Assembly (NCBI GenBank): GCA_964010765.1
Contig: CAXGMD010000015.1
Span: 1 to 49,856 of the forward strand
DNA length: 49,856 nucleotides
Origin: an uncultured bacterium
Lineage (GTDB): Bacteria > SAR324 > NAC60-12
Direction of reading: 5' to 3'
Shown: in pieces, positions 1 through 10,500 of the stretch
How positions within the stretch are numbered: the first letter of the stretch is position 1
Layout: each line of letters opens with the position of its first letter
Translations under genes and position numbers: made by a program
Notes under the pieces: model-generated
What the model saw: only the letters and a program-made list of their open reading frames with translations
The model's database searches: none
What the model was told of the DNA's origin: nothing

Positions 1-1634
1 AGTTTGTTGGTTCCTCGACGAATCAACCCAACAGGAAGGTAGCCGTATTCTTTTTTGATCTTGAGGATTGTTTCCTCCCAGTTAGCCGTTGTCCAATCGT
101 AGCTCAGGCGACGGACAAACAGACTCTGGGTACTCAGATCGTTGGATAGTAACTGGCTCACCAGATTACCAAGACCACTGTTGTTGGCAGACTGGGCGAG
201 TATCGGAACAACCAGATCATCGAACTTGAGACAAAAATCACAACCCACCTTGAGGAGATGCTGATCAAAGTTATCATCACGAAAGGTTGCAATCGTAAAA
301 ATTTCACCATCTGTTTCCTGTTCCAGACACAGTACAGCCATAAAGGTCTGGCCATCTTGCAGATGGTCAACAAAGGCCACCTTGGCCAGGGATGCCCGTG
401 CTTTTCGGAAAGATTCCTCGCTGTTAGTAGGATCCTGAATCCACTCTACTGAAAGATTTTCTGGAATTTCCTCCGACTGGGGCAAGCTCGTCAAAACTAC
501 GATATGATCTCCCAACTCCCCACGGGATAGCTCTCTCAGCATGCGCCGGATAAAAATAGGGTTGTCCGAGTTGATCAATAGATGACCATCGATACGAATA
601 TCATCCATCCCAAACACTTCGATTCCATGCTCTTCCAAGTCGCCCCCCTTGCGCTCAGCAACAGACTGTAACTGGATCACCTGATTATCTCGACGCAAGA
701 CGTGCTCGGAGCTGGGATTGATCAGCACAACCTCCTCCATCACAATCCCTAGAGGCATATGCCCCGTTGATCGTTTGGTTGCATGCACGTATTCTATCCA
801 GGTCTTGTCCGCAAATTTCGATAGCAGTGGTTTTGTTTCCAGTTGGTGTTCCTGTGACTGATGAACCACTCCTCTAATCCAAGAAGGCCCCCCCTGTGAG
901 CGAAATGCTTGCAGCATCATTGGCACATACAAGTCATATGGATTCAGCGCATGATCGCAGCCCACGTCGGCAAAAAATTTACGAAAATCGCTTCCCACAT
1001 ATTGAGCTAGGGTGATCAGTTCTCCCTTGCTAAGCGTTTCCAATTGCAACACCGTAATCAATCCTTGGTTGCTATTCTTGAAATAGACATAGGCCGTATG
1101 AGCAAATGTGGCTGCGGCCTTGAGCAAGGTTTCCACCTGTTGGGGATCCCCTGCAACCCAATTGACGTCCTTGTACTCTGTAGTTAATAAGGGATGTTGA
1201 GTTGATGGAGAAACGATTACGATCTTACCCTCTTGAACCAACTGCTGATTTTGTCCTAGAATTTTGGTCATCCAAGCAGGATCATCCGAACAAACAAGGA
1301 TGTGCCCCTGCTTCTTAACTGGATCCAAACCCTTTTCACGTGATGAACGATATTCACCTAATTTGGTTGTCAAGGTAGAGACAATCAGTGAGTAATTCAG
1401 GACCCCCCCGATAATCACAAAAACAGTGAACACTCGGCCCCAGTAAGTTTCTGGCGACATGTCTCCGAAGCCCACCGTTGCGACAGTCACAATCGTCCAG
1501 TAGAAGCTATTGAAAAGGCTTCCATAGTCTGAATCGGCGTTCCCAGCCAACAGGTACTCAAAGAGATGAATCCCTAAGGTAGAAACAATAATTAGCGTGG
1601 GAAGAAACCAATAGAGAATGTGACGAATCTTCAT
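1..1634 (-). CDS. Two-TM potassium channel with tandem RCK domains (GsuK/BK-like); 3' end runs off the window
   Basis: Manual translation from ATG at 1634: MKIRHILYWFLPTLII...SFYWTIVTVATVGFGDMSPETYWGRVF (pore helix and TVGFGD filter). Two homologous RCK units follow (GHILVCSDDP...VGCDHAL and GHLLINSDNP...VGCDFCL). The frame is open to the window edge, so the ORF track missed it. Confidence 0.9.
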   Translation of the reverse strand, partial: MKIRHILYWFLPTLIIVSTLGIHLFEYLLAGNADSDYGSLFNSFYWTIVTVATVGFGDMSPETYWGRVFTVFVIIGGVLNYSLIVSTLTTKLGEYRSSREKGLDPVKKQGHILVCSDDPAWMTKILGQNQQLVQEGKIVIVSPSTQHPLLTTEYKDVNWVAGDPQQVETLLKAAATFAHTAYVYFKNSNQGLITVLQLETLSKGELITLAQYVGSDFRKFFADVGCDHALNPYDLYVPMMLQAFRSQGGPSWIRGVVHQSQEHQLETKPLLSKFADKTWIEYVHATKRSTGHMPLGIVMEEVVLINPSSEHVLRRDNQVIQLQSVAERKGGDLEEHGIEVFGMDDIRIDGHLLINSDNPIFIRRMLRELSRGELGDHIVVLTSLPQSEEIPENLSVEWIQDPTNSEESFRKARASLAKVAFVDHLQDGQTFMAVLCLEQETDGEIFTIATFRDDNFDQHLLKVGCDFCLKFDDLVVPILAQSANNSGLGNLVSQLLSNDLSTQSLFVRRLSYDWTTANWEETILKIKKEYGYLPVGLIRRGTNK

Positions 1635-1994
1635 AGTCGATTAGAATCCATTAGAATACTGCTTGGATATCGCAAACTGCTAAAATTTTTGAGAATCATA
1701 GGAACTTCTGAAAGCAAAGCAGCCCCAGATGTTGGCTCCGATTTGCTAAAAAGCATACGATAGCAACAAACCCACGTTTTTCCAGTTGTGTTCAATGATT
1801 AGTCAGAATGAAGTTATGATTTATTTTGTCCAACACAAGAGTCCACAGAGAGGAGTTTGAAATCGACAATCCTGACAGATGAATTTGGCAGGGCTAGTTT
1901 TTCTTGCAACCGAGTCAGGATTTCCCCTATAACAGTCCGTCGGTCGTTCATAGTAGTTTCATTTCAACGTTCACTTCTCAGCAGGGAATTCCTT

Positions 1995-2735
1995 ATGAAA
2001 AGATTCATTATTGCCGCAACTTTAATGCTTTTTACTGGTTGGGTGCACGCCGCTGATTTAGGTGGCAAGGTGCTACGCATTGGCTCAGACACCACATACC
2101 CTCCAATGGAAATGGTGGATGAAAAAACTGGAGAGATCATTGGTTTTGATGTGGACCTGGTTGATGCCATCTGTGAGCGAATCAACTGTGTACCCCAGTT
2201 CGTGACCACAGCCTGGGATGGAATCTTTGCTGCGCTACAGCAGGGCGAATTCGATATGGTTGTCTCTGGTGTTTCCATCACACCAGAACGCGACAAGCAA
2301 ATGGACTTTAGTGATCCATATCTCGTGGTTAGCCAGGCAATCATGGTCCGTGTTGATGACGAGGGTATGACACTGGATGACATGAAAGGGGCTGGTCGAA
2401 AGTTGGCTTCACAAACTGGAACCACCAATGCTCAACTCGCCGAAGAGTTGGTTGGCCGTAACAATGTCGCTCTTTTCGACACCTTTGCCGCCGCGGTTCA
2501 GGCCCTGCGTAACGGAGATGTCGATGGCTTGGTGATTGACGGCACTTCGGCTGCGGCTTACGAGCAGCAATTTGCCGGTGAATTGGTTGTCGGCATTCGT
2601 GGTCTCAATAGTGATCCTCTGGGATTGGTTTTCCGTGAAGGGGATGGGATGGTTGACGCCTTCAACACCGGTCTTGCCCAGGTCAAAGCTGACGGCACGC
2701 TCGATAAGCTCGTCCTGAAATACTGGAGCGAATAA
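1995..2735 (+). CDS. Polar/basic amino-acid ABC transporter substrate-binding protein (family 3)
   Basis: Signal peptide MKRFIIAATLMLFTGWVHAA; motifs DTTYPPME, GFDVDL, WDGIFAALQQGEFD, ITPER. ATG 1995 preferred over the upstream TTG. Confidence 0.92.
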   Translation: MKRFIIAATLMLFTGWVHAADLGGKVLRIGSDTTYPPMEMVDEKTGEIIGFDVDLVDAICERINCVPQFVTTAWDGIFAALQQGEFDMVVSGVSITPERDKQMDFSDPYLVVSQAIMVRVDDEGMTLDDMKGAGRKLASQTGTTNAQLAEELVGRNNVALFDTFAAAVQALRNGDVDGLVIDGTSAAAYEQQFAGELVVGIRGLNSDPLGLVFREGDGMVDAFNTGLAQVKADGTLDKLVLKYWSE

Positions 2736-2750
2736 TTTGACTCGCGCCTC

Positions 2751-4427
2751 ATGACCGACCCTTCACCAAGGCGCATCGGCCCGGAGTGGCTTCAGCTTCG
2801 GGCCAGCAATCTTGTGCTGCTGGCCAGCGCGCCCTTCTTCATCTATCTCTTCGCCACTTCCACCAACTACAGCCGCTCCCTCGCCTTCATCGTTGGTGTT
2901 GAGGAAGGTGCTGCAGAAGTCTTTCAGATCTTCCTGGTTTTGCTGCTGGGGTTGTTGAGCGGATTGATCCCCGTCCTTCTTGTTCGCAAATCTCCAAGTT
3001 GGCTTTCCTATCCTCGTGAAGTCTCCTGGTTGGGACTGGTGCTGCACTTGTTGTTGATGTCCTGGCTCCTCACACGATGGGATTTGGCGCCTTTCTGGGA
3101 TTCAGTGATTGGAGACCTACTGGATGCCCGCAGCAATCCATTCCGAGATCCCAAGGTCAATTATCCAGCCCTTACTCCAGAAGGACAGGCCTGGATGCAA
3201 GGATGGCTGGAGACTCTGCGGTGGCCCTATCTTCTTGGGACTACCTTGCTCGGTGCAGTCGGTCTCACTAAGAAATTGCCAGAGACTATCAACCGTTGGA
3301 TTTGGCGTTTACTGCTGATCCTCCAAGGAGGAAGCCTACTCTTCTTAATTCTGGTTGCACGACTAAGCTTCGCTACTGGCTTATTGCTGACCCTCCGAGC
3401 AGCCATTTTCGCTTATGTGGCCTCCGCTATCCTTGGACTGGTTCTAGCGGGAATGCTATCCCTGCAACGCAACCCTAACATTTATCGACGCTACGGGGTG
3501 ATTGCCGGAATACTGCTAGGCATTGGGTTGATCTTCTCTCAAATGCCACAAGAACAGTATGTCTTGATTGGAACTACAGAGGGACGTGCCGCTTTCATCA
3601 AGGACACTCCACAACGCTTAGCAGACACGCTGCGCTATGGTGAGTTCGACAATGGTGTGGAGATGCAGATCCGCGCTGCTAGGGATGTTGAGCAAGCTCT
3701 GGAGCTCTATGCAGAAGACAAAAGAATCAGCGCCGCTTTTCTCCCAGAATCAGCCCTTCCTGCAGAAGCCCCTATTCTTTGGCGCACTGAGTTTCTAGCC
3801 GATGAATACAGAACACCCGCAATGGTCTTTGGTGTCTTCGGCTTTTTACTTGGATTGCTGACCTTCGGAGGATGGCAGCACCGGATGCATCCACTAGCTG
3901 TCTTTGCTGAATTCTATATTGATATCCTACGTGGGATTCCCATGCTGGTGATTATCCTCTACGTGGGTTTGCCACTCAGTGGAGCCGTCAAACAAGCCAC
4001 CGATGGGTTTATTGACCTGCCCAATATGATCCGGGGAGTGTTTGCAATCTGTCTGGGCTACTCGGCCTACATGGCAGAGATTTTCCGGGCTGGCATCGAG
4101 GCTGTTCCCAAAGGGCAGGTAGAGGCAGCCCGAACACTTGGACTCGACCGATGGCAAACCGCCAGATTGGTTATTCTGCCACAGGCCCTGCGCATCGTCA
4201 TTCCACCACTTGGTAATGAATTCATCGCAATGCTGAAGGACACGGCACTCCTGTCCATTCTTTCAGTTCGCGATGCCACCCAACGAATGCGCGAATTCCA
4301 AGCGAGTAGTTTTCTTCCTTTTGCTCCGTTCAATACAGCTGCGATTCTTTATGTCGTTCTTACCCTTGCGGCTGCCAGTTTGCTAAAGTGGCTGGAACGA
4401 AGAACCACGCCTATTTCAAAAAAATGA
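2751..4427 (+). CDS. Amino-acid ABC transporter permease (HisM/GlnP type) with long N-terminal membrane and periplasmic extension
   Basis: C-terminal RGIPMLV, YSAYMAEIFRAGIEAVPKGQVEAARTLGL (EAA loop), PQALR...GNEFIAMLKDTAL. 558 aa, about twice the usual length. Confidence 0.9.
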   Translation: MTDPSPRRIGPEWLQLRASNLVLLASAPFFIYLFATSTNYSRSLAFIVGVEEGAAEVFQIFLVLLLGLLSGLIPVLLVRKSPSWLSYPREVSWLGLVLHLLLMSWLLTRWDLAPFWDSVIGDLLDARSNPFRDPKVNYPALTPEGQAWMQGWLETLRWPYLLGTTLLGAVGLTKKLPETINRWIWRLLLILQGGSLLFLILVARLSFATGLLLTLRAAIFAYVASAILGLVLAGMLSLQRNPNIYRRYGVIAGILLGIGLIFSQMPQEQYVLIGTTEGRAAFIKDTPQRLADTLRYGEFDNGVEMQIRAARDVEQALELYAEDKRISAAFLPESALPAEAPILWRTEFLADEYRTPAMVFGVFGFLLGLLTFGGWQHRMHPLAVFAEFYIDILRGIPMLVIILYVGLPLSGAVKQATDGFIDLPNMIRGVFAICLGYSAYMAEIFRAGIEAVPKGQVEAARTLGLDRWQTARLVILPQALRIVIPPLGNEFIAMLKDTALLSILSVRDATQRMREFQASSFLPFAPFNTAAILYVVLTLAAASLLKWLERRTTPISKK

Positions 4428-7400
4428 CACCTCCGCAACTTACTGAAGCAGAAGCGCTGGAACTGCTTGCTCAACACTACGGCTTGACGGGGCAACTGTT
4501 TACCCTGCCTGGGGAACGAGACCGTAACTTTCAACTCTGCTTGGCGAGCGGAGAGAAAAACACTTTCAAGGTAGTGAATGCTGAGGTTCCTCTGGAGAGT
4601 CTGAAGACTGAAATTCGAGCGATGCAGCACCTGAACTCTATACTGGGCGGTCTGGTACCAAACCCACTGGCGGATCAGGCTGGACGTTTTATTTCCCAGG
4701 GAAGCCTACAGAATGGAAGTACCTGCTGGTTACGCTTGCAAAGCTGGCAGCCAGGCACTCCTCTCGCCGAATTCAGACCACATACCACCGAACTTTTTCA
4801 TTCCGTTGGTCACTTGATGGGACGAGTTGCCACTTCGCTCTCTACCCTTGCTGTTCCAGATCCCAATCCAGAACTGCCGTGGCACCCTGATCAAGCTTTG
4901 CAAATTGTGGAAGAAGGCCTTTCCCTAGTGACAGATCCCTTACTCAAGAATTTTCTGGAGCAGGCCCTACGCTTATACGACAGGTATGGACGACCTCTGG
5001 AGACAGACTTACCTCGTTCCCTGATTCAGAACGACGCCAACGACTACAACGTGCTGGTTCATGGTAAGCTTGAAGGACCCCCAGAGTTGAGCTTGATCGA
5101 CTTTGGCGACATGGTTGTTTCCTGGACTTGTGCAGAAGCAGCTGTGACTTTGGCCTATACTCTTCTTGGTCAAATAGCTCCTTGGAAAGCATTGCAGGCA
5201 ACGCTCAGTGGTTTCAGTCAAGCCAGGCCACTCTCTTTGCTGGAGGCCGAGTTTGTCTGGCCAATGGCACTCATGCGACTCGGTGTGAGCATCGTAATGG
5301 CTGCAAAACAAATTCAGGAGCAGCCGGAAAATGAATATCTCTTGATCAGTCAACAACCAATTCGAGAGTTACTTCAACGCTTAAAGGATCTCTCACTGGA
5401 GGAAGGTATTGCCCGCTCCAGATTCGCCTGTGGCCATTCCCCTATCCACCGAAAGGTTTCTCTAGAAACTATTTTGGAAAAACAATTTTTTTTTCCAGTG
5501 ATGGGCCAAGCTCTCACTCCCGACAACACCCTGCTCTTGCCACTGGGAATCGAGAGCCCTACCAGCGATTGGCTGAGTGGTGAAGTTGAGGAACAGTCTG
5601 CTCGCATTCAACAAGCCATTGAAAGTGCACAAAAGATCTTCGCTCTTGGACTCTATGATGAGATTCGACTTTGCTACACGGCACCTGAATTTCAGCAGGA
5701 TCTAGAGTCACGGACCGTACACCTGGGACTGGATGTTTTCGGACTAGCTGGAACTCCCATATTTGCTCCACTGGATGGGACCTTCGTCACAGTTCATGAT
5801 AACGCTCAAGAGCAGGACTATGGCCCTACACTCATGTTGCAGCATGAGGATCTGAATGGAGAGAACTTCTTCACGCTCTACGGCCATCTTGATCCAGAAT
5901 GCCTAGCACTCTGGCAACCGGGAGACTTCGTCCAAGCCGGGACTCGTATTGCGAGGATCGGAGCATCACCCCGAAATGGCAACTGGCCTCCACATTTGCA
6001 CTTGCAGGTAATCGGTCATCGAATGGGATGGGAAACCGATTTCCCGGGTGTCGCCTTGCCTTCCGAACAAAGTTTCTGGAAGCAGCTCAGCCCCAATCCC
6101 TATCGTTTACTCGGAATCCAAGAGCAATCCTGGGTAGAACCGGAAGGCCTGCCACAAGATTTATTGGCAAGACGTCTCCACATCATGGGACGCAACCTCT
6201 CTCTGTCCTACAAAAAGCCGCTCACTATTTTACGGGGAGAGGGAGTCTACCTGATTGATTCTCTCGGGCGTCGCTTTGTTGACTGTGTGAACAATGTTGC
6301 TCATGTCGGGCACTGTCATCCGAGGGTTGTCGAAGCCCAAAGAAAACAAAGTAGCCTACTCAACACAAACACTCGCTACCTTCACCCCGAACTCGTCAGG
6401 TACGCAGAGCGCTTGTGTGGCTTGTTTCCTGACCCACTGAACGTCTGTTTCTTGGTTTGTACTGGCAGTGAAGCCAATGAACTGGCGCTACGACTAGCTC
6501 AAGCCCACACCCAAGCTCAGGGAATGGTGGTGGTGGACGTTGGCTATCATGGGCATACAAAATCTCTGATCGACTTGAGTCCGTACAAGCACAATGGGCC
6601 TGGTGGAAAAGGAGCACCAGACTGGGTAAGAACCACTCCCATGCCTGATGCGTATCGTGGAGTGTACAGAGAGCATCACCCTGATCCAGGCTCAGCCTAT
6701 GGGGGAAAGGTCATTGAGCACGCAGAATCACTCGCAAAATCCGAAACCGGGTTGGCTGGATTCATTTGCGAATCAATTTTGAGTTGTGGAGGACAGATTG
6801 TTCTTCCAGAAAATTATCTACAGACCGCTTATGCTGGAGTTCGCAGGCTTGGAGGACTGTGCATTGCCGATGAGGTACAGGTTGGTTTTGGTAGGGTGGG
6901 GAAAACCTTTTGGGGATTTGAACTACAGGGAGTCGTTCCAGATATTGTTACTCTGGGAAAACCGATCGGTAATGGACATCCTCTCGCAGCTGTGATCACC
7001 ACTACCGAAATTGCAGAAGCCTTTGCCAATGGAATGGAATACTTCAACACCTTTGGTGGAAACCCTGTTTCTGCGGCAGTGGGTAACGCCGTATTGGATG
7101 TGATTGAAGAAGAAAACCTCCAAAAGCATGCACTGACCTTGGGGAATTATCTGCTTGAACGATGGAAGGGAATGTCAAAGCGTTGTCCGGCGCTGGGACA
7201 AGTTCGTGGGGAGGGCCTCTTTCTTGGTATGGAGTTCGTTGCTGATCCCGTACAAAGAATACCTTGTGCAGCTCGTGCAACCTATGTTGTGGAGCGGATG
7301 AAAGCCCAAGGATTCCTGCTCAGTACAGATGGGCCGGATCATAATGTGATCAAGTTCAAACCCCCACTGGTTTTTCCAGATTCTGAAGCAGAACGGCTTT

Positions 7401-7450
7401 GCAACAATCTCGAACAGATACTCCGGGAAGTTCCTCTGCAGCTAGCCTGA
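4424..7450 (+). CDS. Fusion of APH/choline-kinase-like phosphotransferase, M23-like domain and class-III PLP enzyme (hydroxylysine kinase / phospho-lyase type)
   Basis: Kinase: [21 protein letters not shown]23: HLGLD, YGHL, PHLHLQ. PLP domain: [51 protein letters not shown] 4424 overlaps the permease stop (ATGA). Confidence 0.88.
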   Translation: MTPPQLTEAEALELLAQHYGLTGQLFTLPGERDRNFQLCLASGEKNTFKVVNAEVPLESLKTEIRAMQHLNSILGGLVPNPLADQAGRFISQGSLQNGSTCWLRLQSWQPGTPLAEFRPHTTELFHSVGHLMGRVATSLSTLAVPDPNPELPWHPDQALQIVEEGLSLVTDPLLKNFLEQALRLYDRYGRPLETDLPRSLIQNDANDYNVLVHGKLEGPPELSLIDFGDMVVSWTCAEAAVTLAYTLLGQIAPWKALQATLSGFSQARPLSLLEAEFVWPMALMRLGVSIVMAAKQIQEQPENEYLLISQQPIRELLQRLKDLSLEEGIARSRFACGHSPIHRKVSLETILEKQFFFPVMGQALTPDNTLLLPLGIESPTSDWLSGEVEEQSARIQQAIESAQKIFALGLYDEIRLCYTAPEFQQDLESRTVHLGLDVFGLAGTPIFAPLDGTFVTVHDNAQEQDYGPTLMLQHEDLNGENFFTLYGHLDPECLALWQPGDFVQAGTRIARIGASPRNGNWPPHLHLQVIGHRMGWETDFPGVALPSEQSFWKQLSPNPYRLLGIQEQSWVEPEGLPQDLLARRLHIMGRNLSLSYKKPLTILRGEGVYLIDSLGRRFVDCVNNVAHVGHCHPRVVEAQRKQSSLLNTNTRYLHPELVRYAERLCGLFPDPLNVCFLVCTGSEANELALRLAQAHTQAQGMVVVDVGYHGHTKSLIDLSPYKHNGPGGKGAPDWVRTTPMPDAYRGVYREHHPDPGSAYGGKVIEHAESLAKSETGLAGFICESILSCGGQIVLPENYLQTAYAGVRRLGGLCIADEVQVGFGRVGKTFWGFELQGVVPDIVTLGKPIGNGHPLAAVITTTEIAEAFANGMEYFNTFGGNPVSAAVGNAVLDVIEEENLQKHALTLGNYLLERWKGMSKRCPALGQVRGEGLFLGMEFVADPVQRIPCAARATYVVERMKAQGFLLSTDGPDHNVIKFKPPLVFPDSEAERLCNNLEQILREVPLQLA

Positions 7451-7499
7451 AAAAATCTACAAACCCCCACCTGAATTTCAATCTCAAATACCTTTCCTA

Positions 7500-8282
7500 T
7501 CAATTGTCAAAGGTTGAAACCTGCCAATGAGCCAGTCCTTCCAACACACCCTTCGCATAATTTTGCTGCGCTTGGTAGAACTGCTTCGCTGGAAATTTCT
7601 GCAAATATTCTTTGACTTCTGGCCGAGCATTGCCCACGAGAATTCCCTTAAAACCTTCGTCAAACATTGACTGATCGTTACCACTGTCCCCAGCAACAAT
7701 TGTGTTTGCTTCCTGCCATTTCAGTAGTTCCAGCAGGTAGCGCAGTGCTTTCCCCTTGTTGACCATTCCTGGCAAAATATCGACATAGTAACTTTCTCCA
7801 AAAGCAGCACAGATCACTTGGTAGCGTCCAACAGGCTCCATCATGCGCCTTGAAATTTCGGCTAACCACTCAAGCGGCTGTTTAGGGTCCATGATTGCGT
7901 ACGAGACCTTGTAGGGTGTCTGGCAATTGGCTGCCTCCAGGCTGATCACATCATTTAAGTCAATCAATCGCTGATGAACTTCCTCCGCAGAGAAGCCAAA
8001 CTTCTCAAGTTGTAGTTGCCAATCAAGAAGTGGTGTCGAAAAACTACCAAAAGGAGGTAGATAAAGTTCAACTCCCGTTTGAGCAATAATGGCGTCTGGC
8101 TGAGGCAACTCCTCATGCTTCAATCCGTGGAGCACATCAGGATAAGGCCTACCTGTGCAGAACATTACCCGAACCTGGCCTACTTGTTGGAGACGTTGGA
8201 GTTTTTGCCCAAGTTTACGTAACGATGGCAGATCTCCAGTGAGGGTAAAGTCGATGTCAAATACAAGATTCCAAGTCTGCAT
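7500..8282 (-). CDS. HAD-IIB phosphatase, sucrose-phosphate-phosphatase-like
   Basis: FDIDFTL (DxD), CTGR, NKGKAL, AGDSGND, GILVGNA. ATG 8282 lies just before motif I. Confidence 0.85.
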   Translation of the reverse strand: MQTWNLVFDIDFTLTGDLPSLRKLGQKLQRLQQVGQVRVMFCTGRPYPDVLHGLKHEELPQPDAIIAQTGVELYLPPFGSFSTPLLDWQLQLEKFGFSAEEVHQRLIDLNDVISLEAANCQTPYKVSYAIMDPKQPLEWLAEISRRMMEPVGRYQVICAAFGESYYVDILPGMVNKGKALRYLLELLKWQEANTIVAGDSGNDQSMFDEGFKGILVGNARPEVKEYLQKFPAKQFYQAQQNYAKGVLEGLAHWQVSTFDN

Positions 8283-8508
8283 TCGGTCCCAGCTGGTGAT
8301 GGTTGGATTCAGGAGGTTTGTTTTGCCCAAAGGTACTGCACGAAGAACGCCCGGCAATAGCCAATAACGCTCTCTTCTATTCAAGAGTAGCTTAGCAGGC
8401 AAGGCTACAAGTAAATTTGAGCATAGCGCTTGCAGCTTGTTTGTGCTAGTATACTTAGCTTTGCTATTTTTCCGGATTTAGGCAATTCACTAATTGGAGT
8501 AACTTTCT

Positions 8509-8874
8509 ATGGATTTCTTCATTCGCGAGGCATGGGCGCAGGATGCTGGTCTGGGCGGTGGTGACACTACCGCTATGCTCGTGCAGTTTGGCCCCCTCAT
8601 TCTAATCTTCGCCATTTTTTATTTCTTGATCATCCGACCACAGCAAAAGCGCCAAAAAGAATTGCGAGCCATGCTGAATGCCTTGGGCAAGGGTGATAAA
8701 GTCGTGACAAACTCTGGTATTCACGGGACGATTTTCAAGCTCGGAGAAGACACAATCACCGTAGAAATTGCTGACAAGGTCAGGATTCAGATGGATCGTG
8801 GGCAAGTTTCCCGTGTTGTGCAGAAGGCCAAGGATGCAAGTGCCTCTGACAACGAATCCAAGGATGAGTCTTGA
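8509..8874 (+). CDS. yajC: Preprotein translocase subunit YajC
   Basis: IFYFLIIRPQQKRQKE, GDKVVTNSGIHG; directly upstream of secD/secF. Confidence 0.97.
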   Translation: MDFFIREAWAQDAGLGGGDTTAMLVQFGPLILIFAIFYFLIIRPQQKRQKELRAMLNALGKGDKVVTNSGIHGTIFKLGEDTITVEIADKVRIQMDRGQVSRVVQKAKDASASDNESKDES

Positions 8875-8925
8875 GCTAACTTTTCTTGGTACTCCAAAGT
8901 TTTCAGAATTAAAGAAACACCACCC

Positions 8926-10497
8926 ATGAATGTACGTGTCAAAGGCTTGCTGATCCTGTTGGTCTTTGCGGCAGCCGTTTTTTATAGTCTGCCCACTTAT
9001 CAAGCCTACCAACCTGGGGTTGATCCTCAACAATATCCAAATCGTGTGAACCTAGGGCTAGATCTCCAAGGGGGAATGTACCTCGACATTGAGATCAAGG
9101 TTGAAGAAGCCGTTAAGGAAACTGTTAGCCGTACTGCTCAGGAATTGGAAGATTTGTTGCTGGACAACTACGTCAAATTTGTCGAAGTCCGCCAAGAGAA
9201 CAACGTCGTCATCTTGGAGATGGAAAAAGGGGAGACCGTCAATCTGACCGAGTCCCCCTACGATCGCTTATTAGTTCAGTTCACAGCAGCAGAGCAACCC
9301 AACAACAGGACAACGTTGACGCTCCTCCCAGAGGAGTTAACTCGCATTCAAGAGAATGCAATTACACAAGCTCTGGAAGTCTTGCGTAATCGCATTGATA
9401 GCCTGGGGGTCAGCGAACCCACTCTTCAACGTCAGGGGGACAACAGCATCATCATCCAACTTCCTGGCTTGAAAGACCGAGCACAGGCAATTGAACTGAT
9501 TGGACCGCAAGCCGTTCTCGAGTTTCGTATTGTCAATGATGATGCCACTCCAGCCGCTTATAATCGCTACACTGAACTTGTTCAATACGAGGAAATTCGT
9601 GACCCCATCACGCAGGAAGTTATATCCCGCAACCCTTATGTATTGAGTAAGGAAGTTTTGTTGACTGGGGAGTACATTCGAGATGCTCGGGTGCGCTTCG
9701 ACCAACAAACCAACCAACCTTACGTCTCTCTTTCCTTCGATTCTATTGGCGCTGATCGCTTCGCAAAATTGACTGAAAGAAATCAGGGCAAACGACTAGC
9801 AATTGTTTTGGATGACAAAGTGCAGTCAGCCCCAGTGATTAGAGAAAAAATTAGCGGTGGAGAAGCATCCATTTCGGGTCAATTCACTACAGAAGAAGCT
9901 GGAAACCTCTCTATAGTACTTCGTTCGGGTTCTCTGCCAGCCCCCATTGAAATTAGAGAAGAACGAACCGTTGGTGCTTCCCTCGGTGAAGATTCCGTTG
10001 AGCAAGGCCTTATCTCGCTGCTGCTTGGTGGGCTTCTGGTCTTAATCTTTATGATGGTCTATTACCGGCTCGCCGGTGTCTTCGCTGCAGTCGCCTTGGT
10101 ATTCAACCTCTTACTTATCATCGCTGTCCTGGGTGGGGTCGGTGCCACCTTAACGCTGCCCGGCATGGCAGGAATCGTACTGACAACAGGTATGGCAGTT
10201 GATGCAAACGTCCTGATTTTCCAAAGAATTCGTGAAGAACTCGCAAAAAGTAACAACTTGCGCAGTTCGATCAATGAAGGTTTTGATCGAGCTTTCAAAA
10301 CCATCCTTGATGCCAATGTCACAACACTCTTCGCAGCTCTGGCGTTACTACAATTTGGAACCGGTCCTATCAAGGGCTTTGCGGTCACGCTCTCTCTGGG
10401 AATTCTCTCAAGTATGTTCACTGCAATTGTAGTGACGAGATTCTTCTTTGAAATGATTTACCTCAACCGCAAGCAACTCAAAGCCATCAGCATCTGA
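8926..10497 (+). CDS. secD: Protein translocase subunit SecD
   Basis: NLGLDLQGG, RNRIDSLGVSEP, LRSGSLPAP, GMAVDANVLIFQRIREE. Confidence 0.98.
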   Translation: MNVRVKGLLILLVFAAAVFYSLPTYQAYQPGVDPQQYPNRVNLGLDLQGGMYLDIEIKVEEAVKETVSRTAQELEDLLLDNYVKFVEVRQENNVVILEMEKGETVNLTESPYDRLLVQFTAAEQPNNRTTLTLLPEELTRIQENAITQALEVLRNRIDSLGVSEPTLQRQGDNSIIIQLPGLKDRAQAIELIGPQAVLEFRIVNDDATPAAYNRYTELVQYEEIRDPITQEVISRNPYVLSKEVLLTGEYIRDARVRFDQQTNQPYVSLSFDSIGADRFAKLTERNQGKRLAIVLDDKVQSAPVIREKISGGEASISGQFTTEEAGNLSIVLRSGSLPAPIEIREERTVGASLGEDSVEQGLISLLLGGLLVLIFMMVYYRLAGVFAAVALVFNLLLIIAVLGGVGATLTLPGMAGIVLTTGMAVDANVLIFQRIREELAKSNNLRSSINEGFDRAFKTILDANVTTLFAALALLQFGTGPIKGFAVTLSLGILSSMFTAIVVTRFFFEMIYLNRKQLKAISI

Positions 10498-10500
10498 AAC

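Noticed and set aside
158..452. Short ORFs 158-373 and 258-452 in the track
   Set aside because: They are shadows of the K+ channel reading frame on the minus strand.
1857..1994. Upstream extensions of track ORFs (binding protein; also HAD, clpX, PPIase, ugd, antiporter, pyrB)
   Set aside because: Signal peptides, RBS positions or stop-start overlaps point to downstream starts.
5486..5494. T9 homopolymer in the kinase-lyase fusion as a phase-variation tract
   Set aside because: The frame is intact, the run is short, and nothing else suggests a contingency locus.
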